A stretch of DNA of 64,000 nucleotides, taken from Octopus vulgaris. Lineage: Eukaryota. Below the pieces are notes generated by a model. That model saw nothing but the letters and a program-made list of their open reading frames with translations. It did not search any database and was not told where the DNA came from. The stretch is taken from assembly GCA_951406725.2 (NCBI GenBank), contig OX597830.1, positions 36,518,001-36,582,000 of the forward strand, given 5' to 3'. Position numbers and translations under genes: made by a program. Of the stretch, positions 11,190 to 24,480 are shown piece after piece (the first letter of the stretch is position 1; the number at the start of each line of letters is the position of its first letter).

Positions 11190-11708
11190 TAACATGTAAC
11201 CCAGTACAATCTGTTGCATGGTCGGGTCGTCGGCGACTAAACCGGCAACCCCACTTGGTGAGGAGGGTTTTTATTGGACACCCTGCGGGATGAAAATCAA
11301 AACCCGTCAAAGGGCGGAGGAACTCTTGAGAGTCAACGGCCAGCCAATAAAGGTCTTAGGTTGTATAATGCGCAGGGACATAGAAATAATCGGACTGAAT
11401 ACCCGATCGCGCGGTTAAACCATTGGGAGTGAAGGACTCCCAGCCTTTGTTAGGGCATCCTTCTAGGAGAAGGTAACTCAGGTAACTGGGATAACTCCGA
11501 CATAAAACCTGCGGCTCAGTGGTTACCGATGATGTTGACTTGTTCTTCTTTTCGGATTATGGCTGCTGTTGCTTAGTGAGTGGGAATGACTCAGTGCACA
11601 GCCTTTCCTCACTTTAAAAAAAATTCTTCTTGCACAGGCATTGCACGATAACAACATTGATTAAGCTTCACGCAATGGCCATACTCGATAACGAGGGGGC
11701 AGCCACCA
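11190..11708 (+). mobile_element. CpG-rich non-coding element resembling an RTE-type 5' UTR
   Basis: Non-coding, CpG-intact island within a CpG-poor intron. Motifs TAAACCGGCAACCCC and AGGGCATCCTTCTAGGAGAAGG..AAAACCTGCGG recall RTE 5' UTRs (from memory). Confidence 0.45.
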
Positions 11709-12440
11709 TATACAAACATACACACAAACATTATATATATGCATATATACACAAATTTATGTATAAATATACATAAACACACACATACACATACAAATAA
11801 GCATACATATATGCATTCATACATACAAGTATGCATATGTGTATACATATATACAAATATGCAAACAAATACACATATATACATACAAATATACACACAT
11901 ATACATACATACAAATACACACACACATACATACATACAAATGCACACACACATACATACATACAAATGCACACACATACATACATACAAATGCACACAC
12001 ACATACATACATAAAAATGCACACACATATACATACATACAAATACACACACATATACCCCGTCCAACCCATGCCAGCATGGAAAACAGATGTAAAACGA
12101 TGATGATGATACATACATATGTACAAATACACAAACATACGTACAAATGTACATATATATGTACAAATACACATAGATATATACATACAAATACACATAA
12201 ATATATACGTACATACAAATACACACATATATACATACAAATACACATATACATACATACAAATACACATACATATATACATACATACATATACACATAC
12301 ATATATACATACATACATATACACATACATATATACATACATACATATACACATACATATATACATACATATACACATACATACAAATACACATACATAT
12401 ATACAAACATACATACAAATACACATACATATATACATAC
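11709..12440. repeat. Compound (ACAT/AC/AT)n low-complexity tract
   Basis: Source of the many YVCMYI/HTYIH pseudo-ORFs; interrupted at 12060-12110 by a family B tail. Confidence 0.95.
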
Positions 12441-12762
12441 AAGAAAGGAAGGGGTGATGGCAAACTTGGTAGTGGGATGATGGAAATTCTATGGTGAAAA
12501 ACAATAAATCAAAATAGCATTTCAATTGTGTGTGTGCATGTGTGTGTGTGTATGTGTGAAAAAAAGGAAGGTATGTGAATGTTTGCGTGTATATGTGTGT
12601 GTGTGTGTGGGTGTGTGTGTGCAATGGAAGTGGGATGGTGAACATTCAACAATGACAAGAAAAATCAAATAGTCTTTCAACTCTGTGTGAGTATATACGT
12701 ATGTGTGCGCATGTACAAGAGAAGTATGTGAACATTTGTGTGAAGCATCGTTCTTTCAGTAA

Positions 12763-13086
12763 AGTGAAGGCGCATGGCTTAATGGTTAGGGCATTCGACT
12801 CACGATTGTAAGGTCGTGAGTTCGATTCCTGGCGATGCGTTGCGTCCTTGAGCAAGACACTTGCTCCAGTTCACTCAGCTGGCAAAAATGAGTTATACCT
12901 GTATTTCAAAGGGCTGGCCTTGTCACACTCTGTGTCACACTGAATCTCCCCGAGAACTACATTAAGGGTACACGCGTCTGTGGAGTGCTCAACCACTTGC
13001 ACGTTAATTTCACGAGCAGGTTGTTCCGTTGATCGGATCAGCTGGGACCCTCGTCATCGTAACCGACGGAGTGCTCCTACAATAAC
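12763..13086 (+). mobile_element. tRNA-headed SINE family C
   Basis: A box TGGCTTAATGG, B box AGTTCGATTCC, CORE-like CCTTGAGCAAGACACTT; 12-bp TSD ttctttcagtaa. Confidence 0.85.
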
Positions 13087-13865
13087 TTCTTTCAGTAACG
13101 AATGATGATCGATGTCACATCTCAAAGGAGAACCACTAGATAACACTGACAAGTGTATTAATTTGATTTACCATTCATATTTATATATAAAATACTACAA
13201 TTAGCCGTCATTTTTGGCAGCATGGGGCCAGTTAGTAGATTATAGAATCAGTGGCACTGATGCTTATTAGAATGGTAAAAAAAAATATATTTAAAAAATG
13301 AAAGCTTAGTGAAATCATGGTTCTCCTTATCCTTACATACAGGCATGTCCCCTACATCCCTCTTTATCTGAGCAATCCTAATCTTGCAGTATTGTGGGTG
13401 CCATGTAAAAGGCACTCGCACTGGTGCTACGTAAAAGCACCCGTGCCAGAATTGCATAAGCATACCCAGTAACTTTGTAAAGGGGTTGGCATGAGGAAGG
13501 GCATCCAGCCATAGAAACCATGTCAAAACAGACAGGGAGCCCAGACAGCTCTTCACCTGGCCAGCTCCTCACAAACCATCCAACCCATGCCAGCATGGAA
13601 AACAGACATTAAATGATGGTGAAGATGATGAGAGGCAAAGTCAACACACACACAACATGCTGGGGCACTACCTTGAAGGGTTTAGTAGAACTGATCAACC
13701 CCAGTACTTATTGATTTGGGGGCTGGCACTTATTCTACTGGAGTCTTTTGCTGAACTGCTACAGGGGACATAAACAAACTAATACTGGATGTTAAGCAGT
13801 GGAAAGGGAGACAAACAGACAGACATACACAATATATATATACGTGTGTATATACATATATTTAC

Positions 13866-13917
<52 letters not shown>

Positions 13918-14162
13918 TGGTCCTGTGCCAAAATGAGCAGAAGACAGCAGACCTGTTAGTATGCCAAGTTAAATACTAAGCAGCATTTGTTTTGGTTCTG
14001 ACATCCTGAGTTCAAATTCCACCAAAGTCTATTTTGCCGTTCATCTTTGCAGGGTCAATGAAATAAGTACCAGTAGGGAACTGGGGTCAATGTAATTGAC
14101 CTACCCTGCCACTCAAAAAATTGCTGGCCTTGTACCTAAATTAGAAAAAATTTCTTATTATT

Positions 14163-14315
14163 AGGTGCAGGAGTGGCTGTGTGGTATGAAGCTTGCTTCT
14201 CAACCACATAGTTCCTGGGTTCAGTCCCATTGTGTGGCACCTTGGGCAAGTGTCTTCTACTATAGCCTCAGGCCAACCAAAGCCTTGTGAGTGGATTTGG
14301 TAGATAGAAGCCCAC

Positions 14316-14377
<62 letters not shown>

Positions 14378-14605
14378 CATGTGTGTGTATGTATTTGTGT
14401 GTCAGTGTTTGTCCCCCTCCATTACTTGACAACCAATGTTGGTGTGTTTATAGCCTTCTAACTTAGCGGTTCGGCATAAGTGACCAGTAGAACAAGTACT
14501 AGGCTTCCAAAGAATAAGTCCTGGGGTTGATTTGTTCGACTAAAGGCGATGTTCCTGCATGGCCGCTGTCAAAATGACTGAAACAACTAGAAGAACAAGA
14601 GAAGA
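14163..14605 (+). mobile_element. SINE family A
   Basis: AGGTGCAGGAGTGGCTGTGTGG..GGGTTCAGTCCC head plus complete body. Confidence 0.8.
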
Positions 14606-14889
14606 ATTATTACAGCTTCTACTATGGTAGCAAGTTGGCAGAATTGTTAGCACACGAGACGATATCCATAGTGGCATTTCATCCATTTTTATGCTTGCTT
14701 TGAGTTCAAATTCTGCTGAGGTCAACTTTGCTTTTCCATCTTCCAGTATTGATGAAGTAAGTACCAGTTTAATACTGGGATCAATGTAATCGACTAGCCA
14801 CACCCACACCTCACTACTCTAAAATTTCAGTCCTTTTAGAAAGGATTACAACAACTAGTAGTAGTAGTAGTAGTAGTAGTAGTAGCAGT

Positions 14890-15720
14890 TTCTGAAAAAT
14901 CATAAAAGAGAACAATGTTCAATATCCATCTCTTCTGTTGTTATAGCCAAGACCCCCACCATTACAGAACAGAAATGTTTCAATACAGTCTTTGAAAAGA
15001 ACCGTTTTAATTCTGTCTCTGACTGAACAATTTCAAATGAATTAATGTTTGCATAGCACTGACCATGCTCATTAGCATCTTTGTCTAAATCCATTCCTAT
15101 TGTCTGGCTTGTCACATCCACATTCATAGAAATCTGAGACAAGTTCTTGTTAATAATTCAGTATAATCCAGTATAGAAACACACAATGAGAATGTTGGAC
15201 TAGGCAGACCTATCTAACCCATACAAAGCAGATTTTATCATGTATCAGAAAGCATTGGCGTTACTTACAGGGAAGTTATTTGTAAAGACATTCTGAAGAG
15301 TCCAATGGGTTTCTCTATCTCCAACTTAACGTGGAGGTTATATTACAACACAGAATACTACATTATTTACCTTGAAAGATTCTCTCATAAGGACTCACGG
15401 TGCTTATAGGCACTTGAAATTATATCGTTGACAGAGGAGAATCATCTGGTATGGCCACCAAGTCCACTGGCTATTTGCAGCACCAGTGCCTGAATAGACA
15501 CTGATATTCTGTATATCACTGACCAGAGATTCATCTGTTATTGTGCTGATGGACATCTGTCACTGAGGAACCCATAACAGGGTGAAACCATGTGATCTGG
15601 CAGTTCCGGTGGCCATAGCAGATGATTTTTGTCTGTCAATGATATAATTTTGAATGCTTTTATACACCAGGAGTCCTTATGCAAGATCCTCTCAAGACAA
15701 ATAACACAGTATTTTGTGTT
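14890..15720 (-). pseudogene. Decayed RTE-like LINE reverse transcriptase fragment
   Basis: ELKRFFSKTVLKHFCSVMVG resembles the RTE motif K.R.F.A.VES.LLYG.E.W; multiple stops and frameshifts. Confidence 0.45.
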
Positions 15721-15929
15721 CTAACATACCCTCTACATTAAGTTGGAGATCAAGATTACTTTTTGGTATTAATTACTGCTTCTGTCATTATTAATTATGT
15801 ATTGGGTTTAATGTCAGTATTTAGAAATTTCTAGGGGTGTTATCTTCTAAAATGTAGTGCAATTCAATATTTTAGGTAAGGTGTTAAGGTAGAAAGAACT
15901 ACGTGAATAGCCAAGTAAAGAAGTCCAGA

Positions 15930-16325
15930 TAGACACAACTGTATGGTTAAGAAACTTGCTTTGAAACGATGGGGTTTTGGGTTCAACCCCATGGCACAGC
16001 ACCTTGGGCTTTTACTATAGTTCTAGGCTGGCCAATGCCTTGTGAGTAAGTTTTGTAGACAGAAATTATATGAAGACCCACTGCATACATGCATGTGTGC
16101 GTGCATGCATGTATGTGTTTCCACCCATGCACCGCTTGACAATCAGTGTTGGTTTGTTAATGTCCTTGTAACTTAGTGGGTTGGCAAAAGAGAGTTATAA
16201 AAATAAGTACCAGATTTAAAAAATAAACCCTGGGAGGGGGCGGGGGATTTTTTTCAACTTAGTTCTTCAAGGCAGTCCCCAGCATGGCCACAGACCAATA
16301 ACTGAAACATGTAAAAGATAAAAGA
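15930..16325 (+). mobile_element. SINE family A (diverged)
   Basis: Same conserved blocks as the other family A copies. Confidence 0.75.
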
Positions 16326-16977
16326 TCTGCCTCCTAGTCAGAGTCAGAAGTGGTACTGGCTTAGACTAACCAAGTTATTCTCAGTGGCTTTGTCTCTTGT
16401 CTGTTAAGAGCAATGAGCCGAGTTTGTCTACAGTCATTTGATATAATTAAAGTGAGACTAGGATAGAGCTATTGAGAGAGAGAGAGACAGACAGACAGAC
16501 AAATATCAGTAAAATCAGATTAGTGTTTCTCTTTGACCCAATGCATGCTTAGATGATAGTGAAAACTGAAGACGAATGTGATACGATATTTCAAATTTAT
16601 GCCAGAAATATGTATTACTAGCATACCTTGTTTTTGCTGTTATTATTATATATATTTTTTATGACATGTTCAGTGAGACCGAAATACAGTATTTCAAATG
16701 TGGAAATCAATTTAAAGCCCTTTAAGTAAATTGTTTCCAGTCTTCTGCGGATATCATGCATGGCTATGAGAAACATGGCTATTGGAAAAAGCAGGACAAG
16801 AAGGACAGGAGACCAAAGAAAATCTGCCTCAACAAATTCTGTCCTCCACGCAAGCATGGAGAAGTGGACATAAAATGATGCTGATGATGGTGATAGATCT
16901 AATGAATCTAGGCTGACCAGGGTTTGAACAACAAACACCAACACACCTCTTGTATGCTCCATCATTGCATGTTATAC

Positions 16978-17364
16978 TCTTTTGCTTGTTTCAGTCATTT
17001 GACTGTGGCCATGTTGGCGCACCACCTTTAGTCAAGCAAATCAACCCCAGGACTTATTCTTTGTACGCCTAGTACTTATTCTATCAGTCTATTTTGCCGA
17101 ACCGTTAAGTTACGGGGACATAAACACACCAGCATCGGTTGTCAAGCGATGTTGGGGGGACAAACACAGACACACATACACACACACACACATATACACG
17201 ATGGGATTCTTTCAGTTTCTGTCTGCCAAATCCACTCACAAGGCTTTGGTTGGCCTGAAGCTATAGTAGAAGACACTTGCCCAAGGTGCCACACAGTGGG
17301 ACTGAACCTGGAACCGTGTGGTTGGTAAGCAAGCTACTTACCACACAGCCACTCCTACGCCTAT
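16978..17364 (-). mobile_element. SINE family A (young copy)
   Basis: Near-complete reverse complement of the copy at 60805-61177. Confidence 0.82.
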
Positions 17365-17562
17365 AAGTGAAGCATAGTCACAGGGTATTCAGGAACATAT
17401 AATTGGTAAAATAAAGATTTCTATGCTTTGACTACTACCATTGTACTATTTGTCAACATGATTAATGCTGATCCAGGCCTATATAAACAACAACCTATTT
17501 ACCGCTAGGTGGATTTGACCATTTGAGAGTTGGGTGTTAGAAGAAAAGCATATATTAATAAC

Positions 17563-17884
17563 TGGTACTCCATCAGTTATAACAACAAAGGTTCCAGTCG
17601 ATCCTATCAACAGAACAGCCTGCTTATGAAATTAAAATACATGTGGCTGAGCACTCCACAGACACATGTACCTTTAATGTAGTTCTCAGGGAGATTCAGC
17701 GTGACACAGGGCATGAGAAGGCTGGCCCTTTGAAATACAAGTACTACTCATTTTTCCCAGCTGAGTAGACTGGAGCAACGAGAAATAAAGATTTGCTCAA
17801 GGGCAAAACGCATCTCTGGGAATTGAACTCATGACATTGCAATTGTGAGCCAAATACTCTAACTACCAAGTCAGATGCCTTCAC
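17563..17884 (-). mobile_element. tRNA-headed SINE family C (older copy)
   Basis: Reverse complement of family C with CpG decay. Confidence 0.75.
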
Positions 17885-18480
17885 AAAGCATATAATAGAG
17901 AAGCAATAACAATATACAAACTGACCCCCATCACACAAACAGTAACTTCCGCTATTTATTGACTTGGCTATTTTCTGTTATATTCATTGGTTATGCTCAA
18001 TAAGAAATCCAATTGTTATTGTCAATAATAAAAAAAAGACATGGCTGTGTGACTAAGAAGTTTGTTCAGTTCTAATGTACAGCACCTCAGGCCAACCAAT
18101 GCCTTGTGAGTGAATATGGTAGATGGAAACTGTATGGAAGCTCATCATATGTGTGTGTGTGTGTGTATTTATATATGGTAGTTGTCTACCTTATGCAGAG
18201 TCTGACCACCTCCTGTACCTACACCTTACAACCGTCATGGCATCTGATGTGGCTTTTTATATATAAATAGACAGACAGACAGACACACACATGTACGTGT
18301 GTGTGTATATATTTACATATGTAAAAAACATCCACTACAGTCTCGGAGTGGTTAGCATTAGGAAGAGCATCCAGCCATAGAAACCTTGCCAAATCAAATT
18401 GGAACCTGGTGCAGCTCCCTAGCTTACCAGTTTTCAGTCATACTGTCCAATCGGATGTTAAATGATGATGAAGATATATA

Positions 18481-18819
18481 GGAGACCCCCTTCAGTCATG
18501 AATGACCATGGGATTGCACCTAGAAAGTTACCCTCCAAGGCACAAGTCTGGGCAAGGTTGTTTGTGGAAGGCCAGCAGTCGCCCATGCATACCAGCCTCC
18601 CCTCTCCACATCACTGATGTTATCCAAGGGAAAGGCAAAGGGGCCGATACAGCTTGGCACCTGTGATGTCACAACTCATTTCTACAACTGTGTGAACTGG
18701 AGCAACGTGAAATAAAACGTCTTGCTCAAAAAACACAACACACAGCCCGGTCCAGGAATCGAACTCACAACCTCACGATCGCAAGCTCAACACTAACCAC
18801 TGAGCCATGTGCCTTCACT
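18481..18819 (-). mobile_element. tRNA-headed SINE with a family C-type head and a different 3' module (family F)
   Basis: Head AGTGAAGGCACATGGCTCAGTGGTTAG..GAGTTCGATTCC is shared with family C while the 3' ~200 nt are unrelated; 12-bp TSD tgaagatatata. Confidence 0.8.
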
Positions 18820-21039
18820 TGAAGATATATATGTGCATATATATATATATATATATATATGAGTTGCATGGTATGTTTGCATTTATCCCCACCACTACTA
18901 AATAACCAGTGTTAGTTTGTTTATGTCCCCATAACTTAGCAGCTTGCCAAAAGCGACCAACAGAATAAGTACCAGACTAGGAAAACAAGTGCCGGGGTCA
19001 ATTTGTCTGACTAAACCTTTCAAGATGGTGCCCCAGCATGGCCACAGTCAGCCGACTGAAACATGTAAGAGATAAACAAGATAACAGATTGGTGTTTACA
19101 GTCAATTTATGCCTTCAGCTTAAATGGTACTTTATGATGTTTTAAATTAAACTGTGCTAGACTGAACTGCTGCAATTAATTAACCTGATGTAATTACACT
19201 TAATTAGACATTTGATAAATGGTAAATACTGATTAGGCAATTAATCTTTTGCTTCTATTTTCCTGTTTCAGTTTAGTTACACGAAAATTTTTAATTTGTG
19301 CATTTGATGGCCATCATCATCAGTAGTAGCAATTTAATGTTTGTTTTCCAAAGATGCAGGCATGGCACCTTGGGCAAGTCTCTTCTACTATTGTATCAGG
19401 CCAGCCAAAGCCTTGTGAGTGGAACTGGAAACTCAAAGAAGCCCATTATCATCATCATTTAATGTCTGCTTTCCATGCTGGCATGGGTTGGACGGTTTGA
19501 CTGAGGACTGGCAAGCCAAGAGGCTGCACCAGGCTCCTATCTGATCTGGCAAGATTTCTACAGTTGGATGCCCTTCCTAATGCCAACCACTCCATGAGTG
19601 TAGTGAGTGCTTTTTACGTGCCACTTGCATGGGAGTCAGTCTATCGGTACTGACATTGACCACACCTGGATCATGCTCTTTACATGCCACTGGCACAGAA
19701 GCCAGTCAGGGGGTACTAACATCGACCATGTTCAAATGGTGCTTTTCACGCACCACCAGTAGGGGAGCCAGTCATGGGGAACTGGCATCGACCACATTCA
19801 GATGGCGCTTTTTACATGTCACCAGCATGGGAGCCAACGAGGGGGCACTATATACATGTATACACATACACACACACACACCTATATATCTATGTATGTA
19901 TGACTGTCTCACACCATCACTTGACAACAGGTGTCGGTGTGTTTACATCCCTGAAACTTTGCAGTTAGGTAAAAAAAAAAAAAAACACTGGTAAAATAAG
20001 TACTAGGCTTAAAGAAAGAAAGTCCTGGGGTCAACTCATTCAACTAAAAATTCTTCAAGTGGTGCACCAGAATGGCCGCAGTCTAATGACTGAAACAAGT
20101 AAAAGATAAAAAGATGTTAACATAGAATAGCTGGGTTTTCCATGCTGCTGTTCTTCATCCCGATTTATCCATCTCATCTGATAACTCCAGCATTCTGAGA
20201 TTTCACCACATTGCTTCTCATGTTTTGCTTGGTCTTCTTCTACCAGGGTTTACTTTATTGTTAGTATCAAAATCGTTTTTCCCCACTCAGCATCCACTTT
20301 CATTCACATCACATGGCTAAAACCATTGCAGTTGTCTTTCTTGCATACATCAACCAATCCTTTTAATACCCAACTGTTCTCTAAAGACCACTTTTTAAGG
20401 CTACTTATCAGTACATGTCTAATACATTTCCTTCCTTCAAACCTTCACAGATCTTCCGCATTCAAATTTATTCAACAATGTCAATATACACACATTCATA
20501 TATTATCACCATCACCATCATTTAACATCCACTTTCTTCCATGCTAGCATGGACTGGGATGGTTTGACAGTATCTGAGTGACCCAAGGACTGTTTTGTGC
20601 TCCAGTATCTGCTTCAGCATGGTTTCTACAGCTGGAAGCCCTTCCTAATGCCAACCATTTTAAAGCTTGTACTGAGTGCTTCTGAGCCCTAACATCTACC
20701 AAATTTCACATGCAATATTTTAAACCCAAGACTTTTCTAGAAGACGCACATTATTTGCATTGCACAAAGAGATGGAGTTTGGAACCATGTGAATACAAAA
20801 CAGACTTAACCACAAGGTTATGTTCAACTGCAACTAGTCAACACACACACAAGATCTCATTAACATAATATATTCTTTTCTTCTCTAGGCACAAGGTCCG
20901 AAATTTTGGGGGAGGGGGAAAGTCGATGAAGATATATAAAATTATCATCTTACATCTGTTTCCCATGTTGGCATGGGTTGAACAGGTCTCATAAAATGTC
21001 CAGCAACAACCTGATGTGTTCAGCTGCCAGCCCAGGAAT

Positions 21040-21295
21040 TCACTGCTTGTCAAGCCAAGAAGGGCAAGCTGTCAAAGTATTGGCTGCTCTCTGACAGATT
21101 TGTCAAGACTGTAGCAGTGGAGACGAGAGCTCTGACATTCTCAGCACCCAGACCACATTTCTGCTCACCGTTATCAGAGTGGAGAGGGTAATCTGCATGT
21201 GTGAACCCTTTCAGTCAGAGTGGCTGTTCCAGCACATCTCCCTCACCATCCTCCAGGGCAACGCCTTTTCCATTTTGTCCACTGGGACCATGAGA
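21040..21295 (+). pseudogene. C-terminal restriction-like endonuclease fragment of a CRE-like non-LTR retrotransposon
   Basis: Plus-strand KLSKYWLLSDRFVKTVAVET and WLFQHISLTILQGNAFS match the K..KY..L...F.P.A.ET.G and FQRLS.A.QRGNA motifs of RLE-type (CRE clade) elements. Confidence 0.6.
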
Positions 21296-22319
21296 CAGAC
21301 TGATGAGCGTCTTTAGATATTATTTGTTACTTATTGTATTATTTAGCCATTCACAAGCCATGCTTTCAACCACTGTATTAGAAGAGGTCTATTTATTACT
21401 GGTCTGTCTGATGAGATCAGATGGAAAATGAGACAAGCACTGAAGAAAGGCAAGGCTTTCCAAACTGATCACCACAAGGTGGAAAAGAATGGTTATTAGA
21501 ACTTTGCCGAATGGTACCAGTATAATGATACTACAGCAGGCAGAAAAAAAGGCATTTAGTATTGATAAACTGGAATACTAAGGAAAACTAGTAAGCCTAG
21601 TCGGAGATGGTAGCTACTGCAAGATAAGAAAGCACCCGTGCTGGTGACGCATAAAAGCACCCGTGTCGATGACATGTAAAAGCACCTGTGCCGGTGATGT
21701 GGAAAAGGCACACACTACACTCTCAGAGGGGTTGGCATTTGGAAGGACATCCAACTGTAGAAACTAAGCCAAATTCAGATTGGAACCTGGTGCAACTCTC
21801 CAGCTTACCAATTCCCATCAAGCTGTCTAACTCATGCCAATATGAAAGCTGACATTAAACAACTACAATGATGATGATGTTATTTGTTGTACACTGAATG
21901 TTAACATCTCCATCAAGTTATCTTTTGGATCACTGGTACATTCTCCAATTGAAGAATCCAATTTCATTACATCTCAACCGATAGAGCCTCATCTGTGAGA
22001 TTCTTGGTAAATAGGCTCACCACATCCAAACCCACTATCTTGTTGGAATGAATGAGACTATATTTAATTATGTCTACTAGTCATGTTGAAATATTTAGAT
22101 AGGGCTGATATTTATCTATTAGAGGGTTGATAACATCTGCAAAGAACCTATTAAGTGAATGATACACTGAACACTGACAACTGATGAAAGGTGTTAATGG
22201 GAGACTGGCTTTGAGAATTTCTGGGAGATCACACATATGCAGTGCATCACTCTTTTGCTGAGTTAGCTGCCTGTATTCTTTCAATGTGAAGTGATTCCTT
22301 TTCTTTATCAGATGGTAGC

Positions 22320-22760
22320 TACACATCACCGGCACGGGTACTTTAACGTATCGACGGCACAGGTGCTTTTATGCATCGCCAGCATAGGTGCTTATATGCA
22401 TTGCCGGCACGGGTGCTTATACGCGTCGCTGGCACGGGAGCTTTTACGCGTCGCTGGCACGGGTGCTTATACACATCACCAGCACAGGTGCTTATATGTG
22501 TCACCAGCACAGGTGCTTATATGCGTCACCAGCACGGGTGCTTATATGCGTCACCAGCACGGGTGCTTATATGTGTCACCAGCACAGGTGCTTATATGCG
22601 TCACCAGCACGGGTGCTTATATGCGTCACCAGCACGGGTGCTTATATGCGTCACCAGCACAGGTGCTTATATGCGTCACCAGCACGGGTGCTTATATGTG
22701 TCACCAGCACAGGTGCTTATACACGTTACCGGCACAGGTGCTTTTACGCATCACCAGCAA
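22320..22760. repeat. 25-bp minisatellite (~17 units) within a family B element
   Basis: Unit GTCACCAGCAC(A/G)GGTGCTTATATG(C/T) repeated without spacers, followed by family B sequence (22770-22865). Confidence 0.92.
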
Positions 22761-23399
22761 AGAAGCTGTTTTGTGTCATGGCACTGGCCAAAAGTACGAT
22801 TTCATTAGGCTTGTCAAGTCTTCCTAAGCACAACAAATTACCAAAGGTCATGAACATACTTCCAAAAGAGGTGTGACCTACATTGACAAGAAGGCTTAGC
22901 CATAAGTATGTCGTTGTTCCCCATTGATGGCCAACACAGATGGAACACTTTGAGGAAATGGTTTTTGGGACAACGTTTAAACCAACCATGCAGCTGAGAT
23001 ATCTAGCTGGCACTTTTTATATTCCAGCTTCCCCAGGAAGAAATGCAAGCACTGCTGGATCACATGAACTCAATAATGCCTTCACTACAGTTTACAATAG
23101 AAAAGGGAAAATAATAATGAGTGGATTTATGATATCCACATATCACAAGACCCCATCCACTGAGAAATATTTGAACTTAAATCTGCATTGTTTGATAGTG
23201 CCTATTAATCATCATCATCATCGTTTAACATCCGCTTTCCATGCTAGCATGGGTGGGACAGTTTCACAAGATCCAACAAGGCCGAAGCCGGCACCAATTT
23301 CTGAGACTGTTTTGGCAGGAATTTTACAGCTTATAACACCAATCACTCAGCAGGGTTGACTAAGTGTTTTTTTCGTGGCACAAGCACAGGTGAGGTCAG

Positions 23400-24480
23400 T
23401 TTTGGCAAGGTTTTTACAGCTGGACTGTTGTTAAACATTGGTCCCCTAAAACATGTCCTTCACTCTCCTTAACATTTTACTATGTATCCCATTTAGTTTA
23501 CTTATATTGTTTTTGCCAGTACTTAACATTCAGATCCATATATCAGAATGCTTCCTACAACAGCTTAAAAAAAAAAAAGAAAAACAAAAAAAAAGATTTC
23601 ACTTCTGTATTGCAGATATTTTGTTAATTGCTGGCCATGCCAATTCAATTGAATTGTCTATCTTTGTGTTTTCTTTCCATGATCCCAGATATTTGAAGTC
23701 TTTTACACATTTCATAGACTTTAAAGCAACAGGAAGAAAACTAGATAGAACATACATGAGACTTTCTGAGAGCAGCGGTCAATATCAAATGGCAGTCCCA
23801 TGCAATAAACCAGCCTCTTAATGGTAATCTTCCAAAGAATTATCTCCACCATAAAAGAAAACAGACTGAGATTCTGTGAATTAGTGAAGATGAAGTAGTG
23901 AATCAAATGCTGATGTATGAACCAACACATGGAAAGTGACTTATGGGGTTATCTTTCCATTTCTCAAACAGTAGACTCCAGTCATCTGAAGACTGATTTA
24001 CCAAGAGCAATGCAGGAGAGGGAATTCTGGAGACAAGTGGTTGATGGTCTTCATCTGCAGCTGATGCAGAAGGTAAGTAGGTAGTTACACATTTCAAGTT
24101 TGCAACCTTTGAGGATAGCTCGTGTTCTTTTGGCTGGCTGAAAAACTATAAACTGAGTTTTATTGTCAGAGCTCTTTCACAGTTTCCTTAACTCATTAAG
24201 GAAGAAGTTGAGCATCTTTGATAGCATCGGAAAAGCTACATTAACCATACAATCTCAACAATAATTACAACTTCAGAATGTCTGCTTTTTTTATGAGGGG
24301 CTATTTGGGAACCTGCTATTTAAGCATTTGATGTTGCAAATTATAATGAATAGCCCAGAGCCACAATGAACAGGAAAGATGCAAGAGTGTTGCCTTGTAG
24401 TACTCCCACCAGGTATATAAACTTTTAGACAGAAATGTTTTCCACATTGGGGTTCACCACTTTAGATGAATATGTTCATC
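23400..24480 (-). pseudogene. Decayed RTE LINE reverse transcriptase
   Basis: Minus-strand VGVLQGNTLASFLFIVALGY (about 24350-24412; RT motif GVLQGDTLAP.LF) and KDFKYLGSW (about 23677-23703). Confidence 0.8.

Noticed and set aside
11609-12645. Long ORFs (up to 304 aa) rich in Y/V/C/M/I or H/T/Y/I
   Set aside because: Translations of ACAT/AC/AT microsatellite, open in several frames on both strands.
12763-12840. tRNA gene (also at 2100, 10070, 18750 and 24757)
   Set aside because: A and B boxes are present but no proper acceptor stem forms, and the sequence continues into multi-copy SINE bodies, mostly with TSDs.
22291-22876. CRISPR-like array or repeat-protein ORFs
   Set aside because: Contiguous 25-bp tandem units with no unique spacers, no cas genes, a eukaryotic context, and a unit derived from the RTE 3' UTR.
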